DNA of 25,543 nucleotides from Nitratifractor sp. (GTDB lineage Bacteria > Campylobacterota > Campylobacteria > Campylobacterales > Sulfurovaceae). Location of the stretch: positions 1-25,543 of the forward strand of contig JANTGQ010000001.1 of assembly GCA_024762845.1 (NCBI GenBank), read 5' to 3'. A model generated the notes under the pieces. The model ran no database searches, had not been told where the DNA came from, and was given only the letters and a program-made list of their open reading frames with translations. Shown here in pieces: positions 1 to 9,600 of the stretch. A program made the position numbers and the translations under genes. The stretch's first letter is position 1; each line of letters begins with the position of its first letter.

Positions 1-1104
1 AAAAGCCTTATGCGAGCTAAGCAGTGCAAGTGTAGAGTCTAGTCCACCCGAAATTCCTATGACAGCTCTTTTTATGTGTGCTTGCTTCATTCTGCGAATC
101 AAGGCATAAGCTTGAATGTCGGTTATCTCTTTACAGCGGTGTTCTCTATTATCTCTATCGCTTGGTACAAAAGGGTATGGGTCTATAAATCTATCTGACT
201 CTTGGACATCATCTAACGCTTGCAACTGAATTACATTGTGTTCTGTCGGCTTAGACTGCGAAAAAGAGCTGTCAGAGCGGCGTAGATTAGAGACTCTTTG
301 CAAATCAACACAGGCATAAAGTATCTTATTCTCAAAGCTAAGAGTACTATCTTGTGCAATAATAGAGCCATATTCACTTACTATTAAGTCTCCACCAAAT
401 ATTGTATCTGTAGAGCTCTCTCCTAAAGAGCTTGATGCATAAGCATAGACAGAACTTGTTCGTGCGCTTTGGTTACGAACGAGCTCTCTTCTATACGTTG
501 CTTTACCAATAACCTCGTTGCTTGCACTAAGGTTTAAAATTAAATTGGCACCATTTATTGCCAATTGGTTACTCGGGGGCGTTACTGCCCAAAGATCTTC
601 GCAAATTTCGATACCAAACGTTAAATCTTTTGCATCACTAAAGAGTAAATCTACTCCAAATGGAACTTCGTAATCAAAGAAGTTTATACTACTCTCTTTT
701 ATATTCTGAGCCGATACAAAATATCTACTTTCGTAAAACTCCTGTTTATTAGGGATAAAGCTTTTAGGGACAAAAGCTAAAATTTTACCATTTTGCAAAA
801 CAGCTGCGGTATTATAGAGTCTATTTTGATGGAGGAGGGCATACCCTACAACAATAACAGTGTTTATTTCTTGAGTTTCATGGCATAGTCTCTCCAATGC
901 ATCTTTTTGTGCTCGTAAAAGTCTCTCTTGAAAAAGCAGATCGCCGACGGTGTATCCAATAAGGGTAAGCTCACTAAAGAGTATAATAGAAGCACTATTT
1001 TGCTTAGCATCTTTAATGAGTGTAAGAATACTCTCTAGATTCTTTTTTGGGTTGGCAAGTGTAAGTTTTGGGGCTGCAAGAGCAATTTTATAGAAACCAA
1101 ACAT
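1..1104 (-). CDS. nadE: Glutamine-dependent NAD+ synthetase (nitrilase-like glutaminase domain plus start of synthetase domain); runs off the left edge
   Basis: Not in the ORF track; translated by hand from ATG at 1104: MFGFYKIALAAPKLTLANPKKN... It shows the nitrilase triad contexts SELTL, PKSFIPN and ICEDLW, and the ATP-pyrophosphatase motif GISGGLDS near the window edge. RBS GAGG at 1111-1114. Confidence 0.95.
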   Translation of the reverse strand, partial: MFGFYKIALAAPKLTLANPKKNLESILTLIKDAKQNSASIILFSELTLIGYTVGDLLFQERLLRAQKDALERLCHETQEINTVIVVGYALLHQNRLYNTAAVLQNGKILAFVPKSFIPNKQEFYESRYFVSAQNIKESSINFFDYEVPFGVDLLFSDAKDLTFGIEICEDLWAVTPPSNQLAINGANLILNLSASNEVIGKATYRRELVRNQSARTSSVYAYASSSLGESSTDTIFGGDLIVSEYGSIIAQDSTLSFENKILYACVDLQRVSNLRRSDSSFSQSKPTEHNVIQLQALDDVQESDRFIDPYPFVPSDRDNREHRCKEITDIQAYALIRRMKQAHIKRAVIGISGGLDSTLALLSSHKAF

Positions 1105-1132
1105 TGTGTTCCTCTTTTTTTAAATATGGATA

Positions 1133-1141
1133 ATTGTAACA
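1133..1141 (-). promoter_or_regulatory. Extended -10 promoter (TGtTACAAT) for nadE
   Basis: The reverse complement of 1133-1141 is TGTTACAAT, about 30 nt upstream of the ATG. This fits the TGnTAnAAT sigma70 consensus of Campylobacterota. Confidence 0.6.
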
Positions 1142-1203
1142 AAAAATTATAAGAGTTTTTAATTTTTGTAGAAGTATATTAGAATTAAGTAGTAAAGAGT
1201 AGG

Positions 1204-1236
1204 TAGGTATCTATCTCTTAAAAGATTAGATACCTA
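1204..1236 (-). terminator. Probable intrinsic terminator hairpin downstream of the FTR-rhodanese gene
   Basis: Perfect 10 bp inverted repeat TAGGTATCTA (1204-1213) / TAGATACCTA (1227-1236), about 20 nt after the stop codon. The minus-strand tail is pyrimidine-rich but only weakly U-rich. Confidence 0.5.
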
Positions 1237-1258
1237 GTTAAGTTCTGGTATAAATATT

Positions 1259-1999
1259 TTACCCTCTAACTATCTCTCCAGTGAAGCTTATAATTCCACG
1301 ATATAAGTTACCAATATGTTTCATACCGTTTGATTTTAGTATCTGCTGTACTTGGTAGCTTCTGCTTCCTGTGTGGCAGTAGAGGATAATATTTTCATCT
1401 TTTCTCTCTACAATTTTATTGACCCAGTCGTAAAACTGTGTTGTTGGCAGGAGCTCATCTGTTCCTTTAATATGCCCCATTTTATACTCCATCAACTCTC
1501 TTACATCAATAAGTGAAAATTTGACCATACCCAGCTCTCTTGCCTCCAGAAGTGCTTCTAGTTCGTCGCCGTCAAGCTGCTCTTTATTTACAAGCATCTC
1601 TGCCTCTTGGGTCGTTAAACCTCGAGAGTGTGTATGAGCTGCCTCTTCCATGCTGTTCTCTTTACTCTTTTGCTCAGCGTACTCTGGTGTACAAAAGATT
1701 CCACAGTGGCACACGCCATCTTCTGGTATCTCTTTTTCCAATGCTGGTTTACATGGACAGATTCGATTATCTGCCGCTTTTCTCTCTTCTTCTGTTTCGC
1801 CTTGGACAATAAAACATGGGCAGTAGCGTTTGTTATAGATAAGCTTGTTTCTTGCAAGCCCCATAGCTACACCTTCGTTAACCTCTTCTTCTGGGTTTTG
1901 AACAAAACCAAACTGCTTATTTACCTTCTCTACGAACTTCCAAGTTTTCTCTAGCTCTACTTGGAAAGTATCTGAATTTACATCTATATTTTGTTGCAT
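1259..1999 (-). CDS. Ferredoxin:thioredoxin reductase catalytic (beta) domain fused to a C-terminal rhodanese domain
   Basis: The FTR signature CPC...CPC...CHC is present (YCPCF, ICPCK, VCHCGIF). The C-terminal part has LIDVRE..HIKG and the rhodanese active-site loop CHTGSRS. Confidence 0.9.
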   Translation of the reverse strand: MQQNIDVNSDTFQVELEKTWKFVEKVNKQFGFVQNPEEEVNEGVAMGLARNKLIYNKRYCPCFIVQGETEEERKAADNRICPCKPALEKEIPEDGVCHCGIFCTPEYAEQKSKENSMEEAAHTHSRGLTTQEAEMLVNKEQLDGDELEALLEARELGMVKFSLIDVRELMEYKMGHIKGTDELLPTTQFYDWVNKIVERKDENIILYCHTGSRSYQVQQILKSNGMKHIGNLYRGIISFTGEIVRG

Positions 2000-2035
2000 A
2001 TTTTAAACCTTCAAAATTTTTTATTAAAAGTAGCT

Positions 2036-2044
2036 ATTCTAGCA
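2036..2044 (-). promoter_or_regulatory. Extended -10 promoter (TGcTAGAAT) for the FTR-rhodanese gene
   Basis: The reverse complement of 2036-2044 is TGCTAGAAT, in the 49 bp gap after dsbD. RBS GAAGG at 2008-2012. Confidence 0.55.
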
Positions 2045-2048
2045 AAGT

Positions 2049-3872
2049 TTACTTAATACTTTTTAAAAGTTCAACAAATCTATCTGGTTTTACAAAGCCT
2101 TGCTGAAAGAGATTTTCAAGAGCCTCGCCTTTACTATTAAAAAAGAGAATATTTGGGGCTCCAAATATATTAAAATGTTTCATTATAGCTTGGTCATCTT
2201 TTGTGTACTTTGTTATATCTAATTGAATAAAGCGAAATCGCTTCATAGCCTCTTTTACTTTAGGATTAGGAAAGGTAATCTCTGCAAGCTCTGTACACGC
2301 AGCACAGTTATCTTTACCAATATCAACAACAACAGGTCTCTTCTCTTTTTTTATCTCGTCTAGCAAAGTTTGAAGTCTGTATTGTTGCGTACTATGAGAG
2401 CTACTTTCAGCTTTTACAGAAATAGTTGTACCTTTAAATTTTTCTAGCGGATTAAAAATAGAAGTCGCACCACTTACAGCACCTACAAATAGAATAACTC
2501 CATAGAGAAGCACTAAGAAGTTTAAGATTTTAAAGACTCCAGTAATACCACTGCTGTTATTAGAGTCAAATACTTTAAACATTATAGCTGTTCCTATAAG
2601 CAGTATTGAGAATAGGTAAATATAGAGACTCGGAGAGATAATACCACGTAGAACATAAAGTGCCATAAGCAGCATTAAAACACCAAATACTCTTGAGACA
2701 TTCTCCATCCATCCACCAGGTTTTGGAACTAAATTTTTTGCACCAATACCAACAAGAAGCAGTGGTACACCTGCGCCAATACCCATTACAAAGAGTGCCA
2801 AACCGCCAAGCAATGCATCGCCTGTTGCTGATATAAAGACTATCGCACCACTAATTACCGGTGCTGTACAAGCGCCAACAATTAATGCAGAGATTGCACC
2901 CATAATTGCTGTACCAATTAAACCTTTTCCCTGAGCACTGTTGCTAACATTGTTTAATTTAGACTGTAGCTTCGATGGCAGTGCAATCTCAAAATAGCCA
3001 AAGAGAGAGAGTGCAAGTGCTATAAATATTGCAGCAACGGGTAAGATAACCCACGGATTATTTAAATTAGCCTGCAGATCAAAGTTAAGTAAACCTGCAA
3101 CAATGCCTATAACAGCATAACTAGCTGCCATGGCTACCACATAGACCAGTGATATAGTAAATGAAGTACCTCTCTTAATTTCGCCGCCGCTTCTATTTGC
3201 CTGTTGCAAAAGTATAGAGCTTAAAATTGGAATCATAGGTAGAATACATGGAGTAAGTGCCAATAATAGACCAACTATAAAGAAGAGCAGAAGTACAAAA
3301 ATCAGCCCTTCACTCTTAAGGGCTTGGGCAATATCTTTACTATTTCCTTGCTTAGCAAGAGTAGCTATCTTTTCAAAGAACCCAACTTTTTGGACTTTGC
3401 TAGTGCTAGTAGTACTCTCTACCGTATTTATTGAAGTGCTGGTTTTTGGAGCTTCGAGAGTAAAGGTGTAGCTCTGAGGTGCATAACAGATACCAGCGTC
3501 GGAACAACCTGAAAGATCAACCTGTAAATTATATTTACCACTGACCCCTAGTGTAGCGTTAGGTATGCTTATGGTTAAGTTACTGTCGTATGCCTCTTCG
3601 CCGGTAATAATTTTTGCTTTTGGCAATGTAGGGTTTAGTACTTTTTGACTTGGTTTTACAATAGAGAATTTGAGTTTGTTTTTATAGATATGTATCTTAT
3701 CCCCAAGTATAATATCTATAGTTAACGCATCTTTACCCTGTTTTGCATTTACTTTAAAAGCTTCGCTTGGCTTTAAGAAAGTTTGCTGTTTAGGTATCTC
3801 GAAACCGCCAAATCCTTCGCTGTAGAGTTGCGTAAAAAAGAGTAGCAGTAGTGGTAGTAGTAGTTTTTTCAT
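2049..3872 (-). CDS. dsbD: Thiol:disulfide interchange protein DsbD
   Basis: Signal peptide, then the N-domain cysteine pair GCSDAGICY, the transmembrane cysteines TPCILPM and GACTAP, and a C-terminal thioredoxin fold with CAAC. Confidence 0.93.
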   Translation of the reverse strand: MKKLLLPLLLLFFTQLYSEGFGGFEIPKQQTFLKPSEAFKVNAKQGKDALTIDIILGDKIHIYKNKLKFSIVKPSQKVLNPTLPKAKIITGEEAYDSNLTISIPNATLGVSGKYNLQVDLSGCSDAGICYAPQSYTFTLEAPKTSTSINTVESTTSTSKVQKVGFFEKIATLAKQGNSKDIAQALKSEGLIFVLLLFFIVGLLLALTPCILPMIPILSSILLQQANRSGGEIKRGTSFTISLVYVVAMAASYAVIGIVAGLLNFDLQANLNNPWVILPVAAIFIALALSLFGYFEIALPSKLQSKLNNVSNSAQGKGLIGTAIMGAISALIVGACTAPVISGAIVFISATGDALLGGLALFVMGIGAGVPLLLVGIGAKNLVPKPGGWMENVSRVFGVLMLLMALYVLRGIISPSLYIYLFSILLIGTAIMFKVFDSNNSSGITGVFKILNFLVLLYGVILFVGAVSGATSIFNPLEKFKGTTISVKAESSSHSTQQYRLQTLLDEIKKEKRPVVVDIGKDNCAACTELAEITFPNPKVKEAMKRFRFIQLDITKYTKDDQAIMKHFNIFGAPNILFFNSKGEALENLFQQGFVKPDRFVELLKSIK

Positions 3873-3966
3873 ATATCCTTATCCTCGCTTTAAGTTTAAT
3901 TTAGTATAAAATTATGAACATCTTCGGTTACTAAAAGATGCCCTTTACTTTGTATTGATAATACTA

Positions 3967-4055
3967 TTTGCAAGTAGAGTATCTGTGTACTAGACTTCTT
4001 GCAAAACTGTATTTAAGAGTGTATCTGCAAAATATATAGTTTTGAAAGAAGTCTA
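3967..4055. repeat. Overlapping inverted repeats in the dsbD/yyaL divergent intergenic region
   Basis: TAGACTTCTTGCAAAA (3991-4006) is the reverse complement of TTTTGAAAGAAGTCTA (4040-4055) at 15/16 positions, and the pairing extends inward with G-T pairs. TTTGCAAG (3967-3974) also pairs with CTTGCAAA (3998-4005). Confidence 0.7.
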
Positions 4056-4108
4056 CTATTGGTAATTTAGAAACTATAACAAATTTTTATTAATAAAAGG
4101 TTACTCAA

Positions 4109-5857
4109 ATGACAAATAGATTAATTAATGAAGAGTCACATTATCTACAAAAGCACGCACAAGATCCTGTTGATTGGTATCCGTGGGGAGAAGAGGCACT
4201 ACAGAAAGCACAAAAAGAGAACAAAGCAATTTTTTTAAGTATTGGCTATAGTAGTTGCCACTGGTGCCATGTGATGCAAAGAGAGTCATTTGATAATGAG
4301 GAGATAGCTCAAAAACTTAATGAAAATTTTATCTCAATCAAAGTAGATAAAGAGGAGCGTCCCGATATCGACAGACACTTTCAAGAGATTTACGAAAAGA
4401 TGCAAAACAAGAGAGGTGGATGGCCACTTTCTATATTTATGACTCCCAAGAGGAGTCCTTTTCATGCTGCAAGCTATATACCACCAATTGCAAACTATGG
4501 AATGATGGGATTTGCTGACCTACTAGATGTAATAGCACGAAGCTATACTCAAGATAGTGAAACTATGCAGAAGAAGGGTGAAGAGGTTCTTGAAGCACTA
4601 AAGCCAAAGAGTAATATAGAAGCTACACGAATTACAGAGCAGCTCATAAATATATCGGTACAACAGATTAAAGAGGTTTTTGAAAAAGAGTATGGAGGAT
4701 TTGGCGATACTCCCAAGTTTTTACATACAGCCACACTTAATTTGGCTCTGAAACTCTATAAACTTACAAAAGATAAAGAGTTAAAAGATATTGTTACTTA
4801 TACGCTTGATAAAATGCTTTTAGGTGGTCTCTATGACCATGTAGATGGTGGATTTTGCCACTCCAGCAGAGATAAAATGTGGCTTGTTCCACACTTTGAG
4901 AAGATGACATATGACAATGCCCTTATGGCAAAACTACTACTCAAAACTTATCAAGAGAGCAATATAGAGCTCTATAAAGAGGCAGCGTTCGAGACGATAA
5001 ACTTTATGCTACAAAAGATGAGTAGTGATAATCTCTTTTTTAGTACCAGCAGTGCTGATACAAATGGTGAAGAGGGAGAGTATTTTATATATAGCTACAA
5101 TGAAGTAAAAGAGGCATTTGAAGCAGAGGACCTAGAGAGTAATCTGCTCTTTGAGCTCTCTATATCCAAAAATGGTAATTTCGACGGTAAATCAATAGTG
5201 CGACTACAGGATATCAGCTCTAAGCGGGAGCCAGAAATAGAAAAAGCACTCCGTATTATGGCGAAGTTAAGGGAGAAAAGAGAGTATCCATGTATAGATA
5301 AGAAAATAGTTACATCTTGGAATGCAATGATGATTGGAGCACTTTTTGAAGCATCTAAAAGTGAAAAGAGCTACTTAGAAGTTGCTCTAAAATCACTAGA
5401 AGCACTCGAGAAGAAAATGGTAGATGGTGTAGAGCTCTACCATACTGCACCTATTGAAAAAAGCCCCAAGGTAAAAGCTGTTCTCGAAGATTACGCATGG
5501 TTTATAGATACATATCTAAGAGCATATAATGTAACACAAGATGAACACTACCTGATAAAAGCTACCAATTTGACAAATGAGGCGATAAGAAAATACTATA
5601 GAGATGGAAAATGGCTTATAAGTGATGGCGAGTTTAAAAGATTTGAGGTCGATGTCGACAATAGTTACTCTTCAGCTCTCGCTTTAATGGTACAAAATCT
5701 ATTAACCCTGCGTTCGTTCAGCAAATCTATATATGAGAAGTTTGCATTCCAAACACTGCAAGTGCACTCTTATGATTTAATGAGACAAGCTATATCAAGA
5801 CCAACTCTCGCAGATGCAGCAATTAGGTACTTAAAACCTGAGTTTGACAAGATATGA
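4109..5857 (+). CDS. Thioredoxin-domain protein of the YyaL/SPATA20 (DUF255) family; C-terminus possibly shortened
   Basis: N-terminal [28 protein letters not shown], CxxC in [12 protein letters not shown], and the family motifs [19 protein letters not shown] and TSWNAMM. RBS AAGG at 4097-4100. Confidence 0.9.
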   Translation: MTNRLINEESHYLQKHAQDPVDWYPWGEEALQKAQKENKAIFLSIGYSSCHWCHVMQRESFDNEEIAQKLNENFISIKVDKEERPDIDRHFQEIYEKMQNKRGGWPLSIFMTPKRSPFHAASYIPPIANYGMMGFADLLDVIARSYTQDSETMQKKGEEVLEALKPKSNIEATRITEQLINISVQQIKEVFEKEYGGFGDTPKFLHTATLNLALKLYKLTKDKELKDIVTYTLDKMLLGGLYDHVDGGFCHSSRDKMWLVPHFEKMTYDNALMAKLLLKTYQESNIELYKEAAFETINFMLQKMSSDNLFFSTSSADTNGEEGEYFIYSYNEVKEAFEAEDLESNLLFELSISKNGNFDGKSIVRLQDISSKREPEIEKALRIMAKLREKREYPCIDKKIVTSWNAMMIGALFEASKSEKSYLEVALKSLEALEKKMVDGVELYHTAPIEKSPKVKAVLEDYAWFIDTYLRAYNVTQDEHYLIKATNLTNEAIRKYYRDGKWLISDGEFKRFEVDVDNSYSSALALMVQNLLTLRSFSKSIYEKFAFQTLQVHSYDLMRQAISRPTLADAAIRYLKPEFDKI

Positions 5858-5903
5858 TAATTTCGGATAATAAAATTATTGAACCAACCATGCATTGAGT
5901 TCA

Positions 5904-6095
5904 ACCCGAATTATGCATTAGAATTGTTTGAAATCTGCCAAACGCTTGTCCTTTGGGTATTTGCGGAAAACTGTGCAAGTGTGGATTCCCTACGGTCATG
6001 AGGTGCACCCATAGGTGCATTGATGGTTTCTCCGTGAGTGCCCACGGTGCAATGGTTTGTGCAGAGTTGAGTAATCTCTAATGTCTAATTCGGGT
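5904..6095. mobile_element. Non-coding ~192 bp fold-back element, probably a MITE with IS982-like terminal inverted repeats
   Basis: AACCCGAATTATGCATTAGA (5903-5922) and TCTAATGTCTAATTCGGGTT (6077-6096) form an 18/20 inverted repeat. The interior is also self-complementary and more GC-rich than the flanks. There is no transposase ORF and I found no clear target-site duplication. The ACCCGAATT start recalls IS982-family ends (from memory). Confidence 0.6.
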
Positions 6096-6227
6096 TCAGA
6101 GTTACCAATTTGCAACTGACACCAATAAAGAGAACTTTAGGAAACCTTTAAAAGGAGATCAATAGAGCTCTAGCGATTTAAGCAGTAGGGGAGGTACTAG
6201 ATACAAGATATAATCCGGATAAACAGA

Positions 6228-6611
6228 TTAGTCTGTCTCTTGTGTCCAATACTCAATGTGTTTGATAAGATTCTCTTCTTTAATTGGCTTAATTAATATA
6301 TCATCTGCTCCGAAGTTAAGAACTTCATTCTTTTCTGTGTCATCAGTTGTTAAAACAATTACGGGTGTATTGCTATTGCTTTTATGAGAACGAAATGCCC
6401 GAAGAAAACCTTTTCCATCTAAAATAGGCATAAGTATATCAAGAAGGACAAGATTTATCTCTGAATTTGTATCTACAATCTCCAGTGCTTCGGCACCATT
6501 GCTTGCCTCTGTAATTTCATTAATCATATCTTTATGTCGCGAGAGTAGGGCTCGTATGAGCTTTCGGTTAATGATATCATCATCTACTAAAAGTACATTT
6601 AACTGTTTCAC
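6228..6611 (-). CDS. Single-domain response regulator (CheY-like receiver)
   Basis: VLLVDDD, phosphoacceptor LLDILMP, conserved Thr in LTT, and KP. The GTG start overlaps the kinase stop (TAGTG at 6609-6613). Confidence 0.92.
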   Translation of the reverse strand: MKQLNVLLVDDDIINRKLIRALLSRHKDMINEITEASNGAEALEIVDTNSEINLVLLDILMPILDGKGFLRAFRSHKSNSNTPVIVLTTDDTEKNEVLNFGADDILIKPIKEENLIKHIEYWTQETD

Positions 6612-9600
6612 TATTTCGCCCTATATTTGCTAATAAGTGCCTGGATCTCATCTTTATTTGTAAGTTGATTAATAGATTCAACTCTAATTGAGTTATAATC
6701 TTGCAGGTTGTTTGCCTCTTCGGTAAGAACTACTGTCATATCTTGTTTGCTGATAATTTGCAAAAGAGTAGATGTTAAAAGCTCTTCATCAGTAAAGAGT
6801 ATGTCATACTCTTCGGTAGCTATTTTATGTGCAAGCTTTTCGGGTTTTTCCAATACATCAGATACCTCGCCAATAGATGTAACAAGAGTAGAGAGTATCT
6901 TATTGCTTAAAGGGAACTTTTTGGCAATGAGTATCTTTTTAGGTTTACTCTCTATCTTCTTCTCCTCTTGAACTTCTTTAATATTAGTTTTAGATCGATT
7001 TTTTCTATTCTCGTTTTGTTTCTCTAAGATATCCAATCTAATAGAGGATTTATGGCTTAGGAATTTGTGTAAAATATAGAGAAGTTCTGCCATCTCTATC
7101 GGTTTAGATATATATTCATCTAATCCCTCTTTTAAGAGTCTCTCTCTATCTCCCTTGAGTGCGTTTGCGGTTAGTGCTATAATTGGCACCTTGTTTAAAG
7201 CATTTTCATCTTCAAACTTTTTAATTATTTTTGTAGCCTCTATTCCATCCATTACCGGCATCTGGATATCCATAAATATAAGGTCATAGTCATTTACTAC
7301 TTTTCTTTTATCTACAGCCTCTTTTCCATGGTCAGCAACATCAACCTTGAGCCCAAAACTCTTGAGTATATTTACAATCAGTTTTTGATTGATAATATTA
7401 TCTTCTACAACAAGTACTTTTCCGTAGTACTTTGTATGTACTTTAGGGGTCTCTTGCTCTTTTGTTGTGTCTAACTTGCTTAAAAACTTCAGTGTATTTA
7501 AGAATCTGTTAAAGCCGATTGGTTTAAAGAGTATACGCTCATTCGGCAGTGCATACTCTTTAAGAATTTCATTATTTGTAAGGGTACTGATAGCTACAAA
7601 TTTCTCTTTATCCAGAGAGTGTAGCTCATCTTTTAACTCTTTGCTTGCTCTATTTATATCTACAAGAACATTTGCATTTGGATACTCATTTTGTAGAGTT
7701 TTTAGCTCATCTTTTGATTCAAAAAGTGAATATTTGGCGCCATAATATTTAAGATACTCCTCGATATAGTGTACCAGATGGTTCTCTTTGTCATTTTGGT
7801 AAAGAAGTAGTTCTAACTCTTTAAACAGACCGCTATAGCGCTCAATTCCACTCTCTATCTCCTCTATCGGCAGTGTAAAGTAGAATGTTGAACCAACACC
7901 CTCTTTACTGTCTACTTTTAGCTCCCCGCCCATAAGGTCTACATACTCTTTTGTGATGGTTAAGCCTAGCCCTGTTCCACCATATTTTCTGTTAACAGAT
8001 GAGTCACCCTGCATAAATGGTTGGAATATTCTCTCAAGCTGCTGCTTACTCATACCAATACCGGTATCACTTACGATAAACTCTACCCATACTCTATTAT
8101 CATCTTGAACAGTAAAACTTTTTTTGATCTCGACATCTATTTCACCATGTGCTTTGGTAAACTTAATTGCATTATTAAGTAGATTTGTCAATATCTCTTT
8201 TAGTTTGGTTGGATCACCCTTTAGTTTAGGGGAGATATTAGGATCAAGATAGTAGTTTAACTCTATGTTCTTCTCAGACGCAATAACAGCAAAAGTATCA
8301 ATAGTACTGTCGAACTCTTTTGCACTGTCAAAAATAACATGCTCTAACTCTACTTTATTACTCTCAAGCTTAGAGAGGTCAAGAATATTGTTAATAATAT
8401 TTAAAAGATTATCAGAACTCTTCTCAATAATTGTAACATACTCTCTCTGCTCATCATTAAGTTTTGTATTTTTCAAGAGTTCAGCAAAACCGATAATACC
8501 GTTCATTGGAGTTCTAATCTCATGCGACATATTTGCCAAGAAGTAGGATTTTGCTTTATTTGCTTCTACTGCGTCAACTTTATCCTCTTTAGCAGACTCT
8601 ATCATTGTCTCTAAAAACTTATACCCTTTACGCATACCACCAGATGTTTCGAAGTCGATGGTATTAATCTCTTGAAGTTCCTCTTTAACGCTAGGGTCAG
8701 TCTCGCCCAACTCTTTAACAGCTCTTTTGAGAGATAACTCAAGTTCACTAGAGTTTTTCTCAAGCTCTTTAGAGATTTTATGTCCAAAAAGAATGAGAAG
8801 AAGCGAAACTAATAGTAGTAGACCAAACAGCCCAACAAGAAGTAGGTGTTTTTGCATATTCTCTTTAAGTTTCTCTTTTGCCTGATTATATATAACAGCC
8901 GTAGATTTACTATATAATCCCGTATATTTACTTAAAACCGTATAGAGCCTAATAGAATCCGTTGTATAGTTACCTGTTGTGGCATTTTTTAAAATATCAT
9001 CATAAACATTAACAAACTTCTCCTCTACGAGGTTGCTATAAGAGTTATTTAAAAAGGCAGATATCTTTTGAGACAACTCTTTATCTTCTATTAGATTTGG
9101 ATCAAAACGCATAGCTTTGGCATGGTAACCCATCCATTGTTTCAACGTATCTTTTGTTATCTTATTTCGCTTTTCTATATTAAAAATAAGAAAATCGCGT
9201 AACAGGGCAGAGTACTCCTGACTTAAATAGAGATTTGAGAGTGCACTGTTTATCTTATTTAAGTCACTATCAAGCAAGAACCTCTCAACTTGCAGTAGAT
9301 TTTTCAGAACTGGGGTTGTAAGAGTAGTGGTGTAGCTGTCTAATATTTTTTTATAGTCAGCAGCGGGAAGAGAGACAAGTGAAGTCCGAATCTCTTTAAG
9401 AGAGTTTAGCTTCTTATTGAGTTTTAGATACGATTGTGAGTCTACAGAGATTGGCTCATGAAAAAGATAATCTTTTGCCAAAAGTGTAGAGCTGTTGCTT
9501 ATTAAATTATTTTTATACTCTTTAATTGCAGCATCAGTCTTTTTATACTGCTTCTTTAAGAGCTCTTTATAAGATGCCTTATTCGATGCAAGATGCAGGG

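Noticed and set aside
1540-1954. ORFs 1540-1812 (+), 1615-1857 (-) and 1628-1954 (+)
   Set aside because: They are alternative-frame or antisense shadows of the FTR-rhodanese gene, with no motifs or RBS.
3841-3863. (CTA)n-like repeat at the 5' end of dsbD, and A/T homopolymers elsewhere, as phase-variation tracts
   Set aside because: The repeat is imperfect and simply encodes the Leu-rich signal peptide. No long poly-G/C tract typical of Campylobacterota phase variation was seen.
4549-4734. Minus-strand 61 aa ORF
   Set aside because: Antisense shadow inside yyaL.
5903-6096. Reading the fold-back element as 6S RNA
   Set aside because: The length and rod shape fit, but it pairs almost throughout with no large central bubble, has IS-like ends, and a better 6S candidate lies at the expected position before purD.
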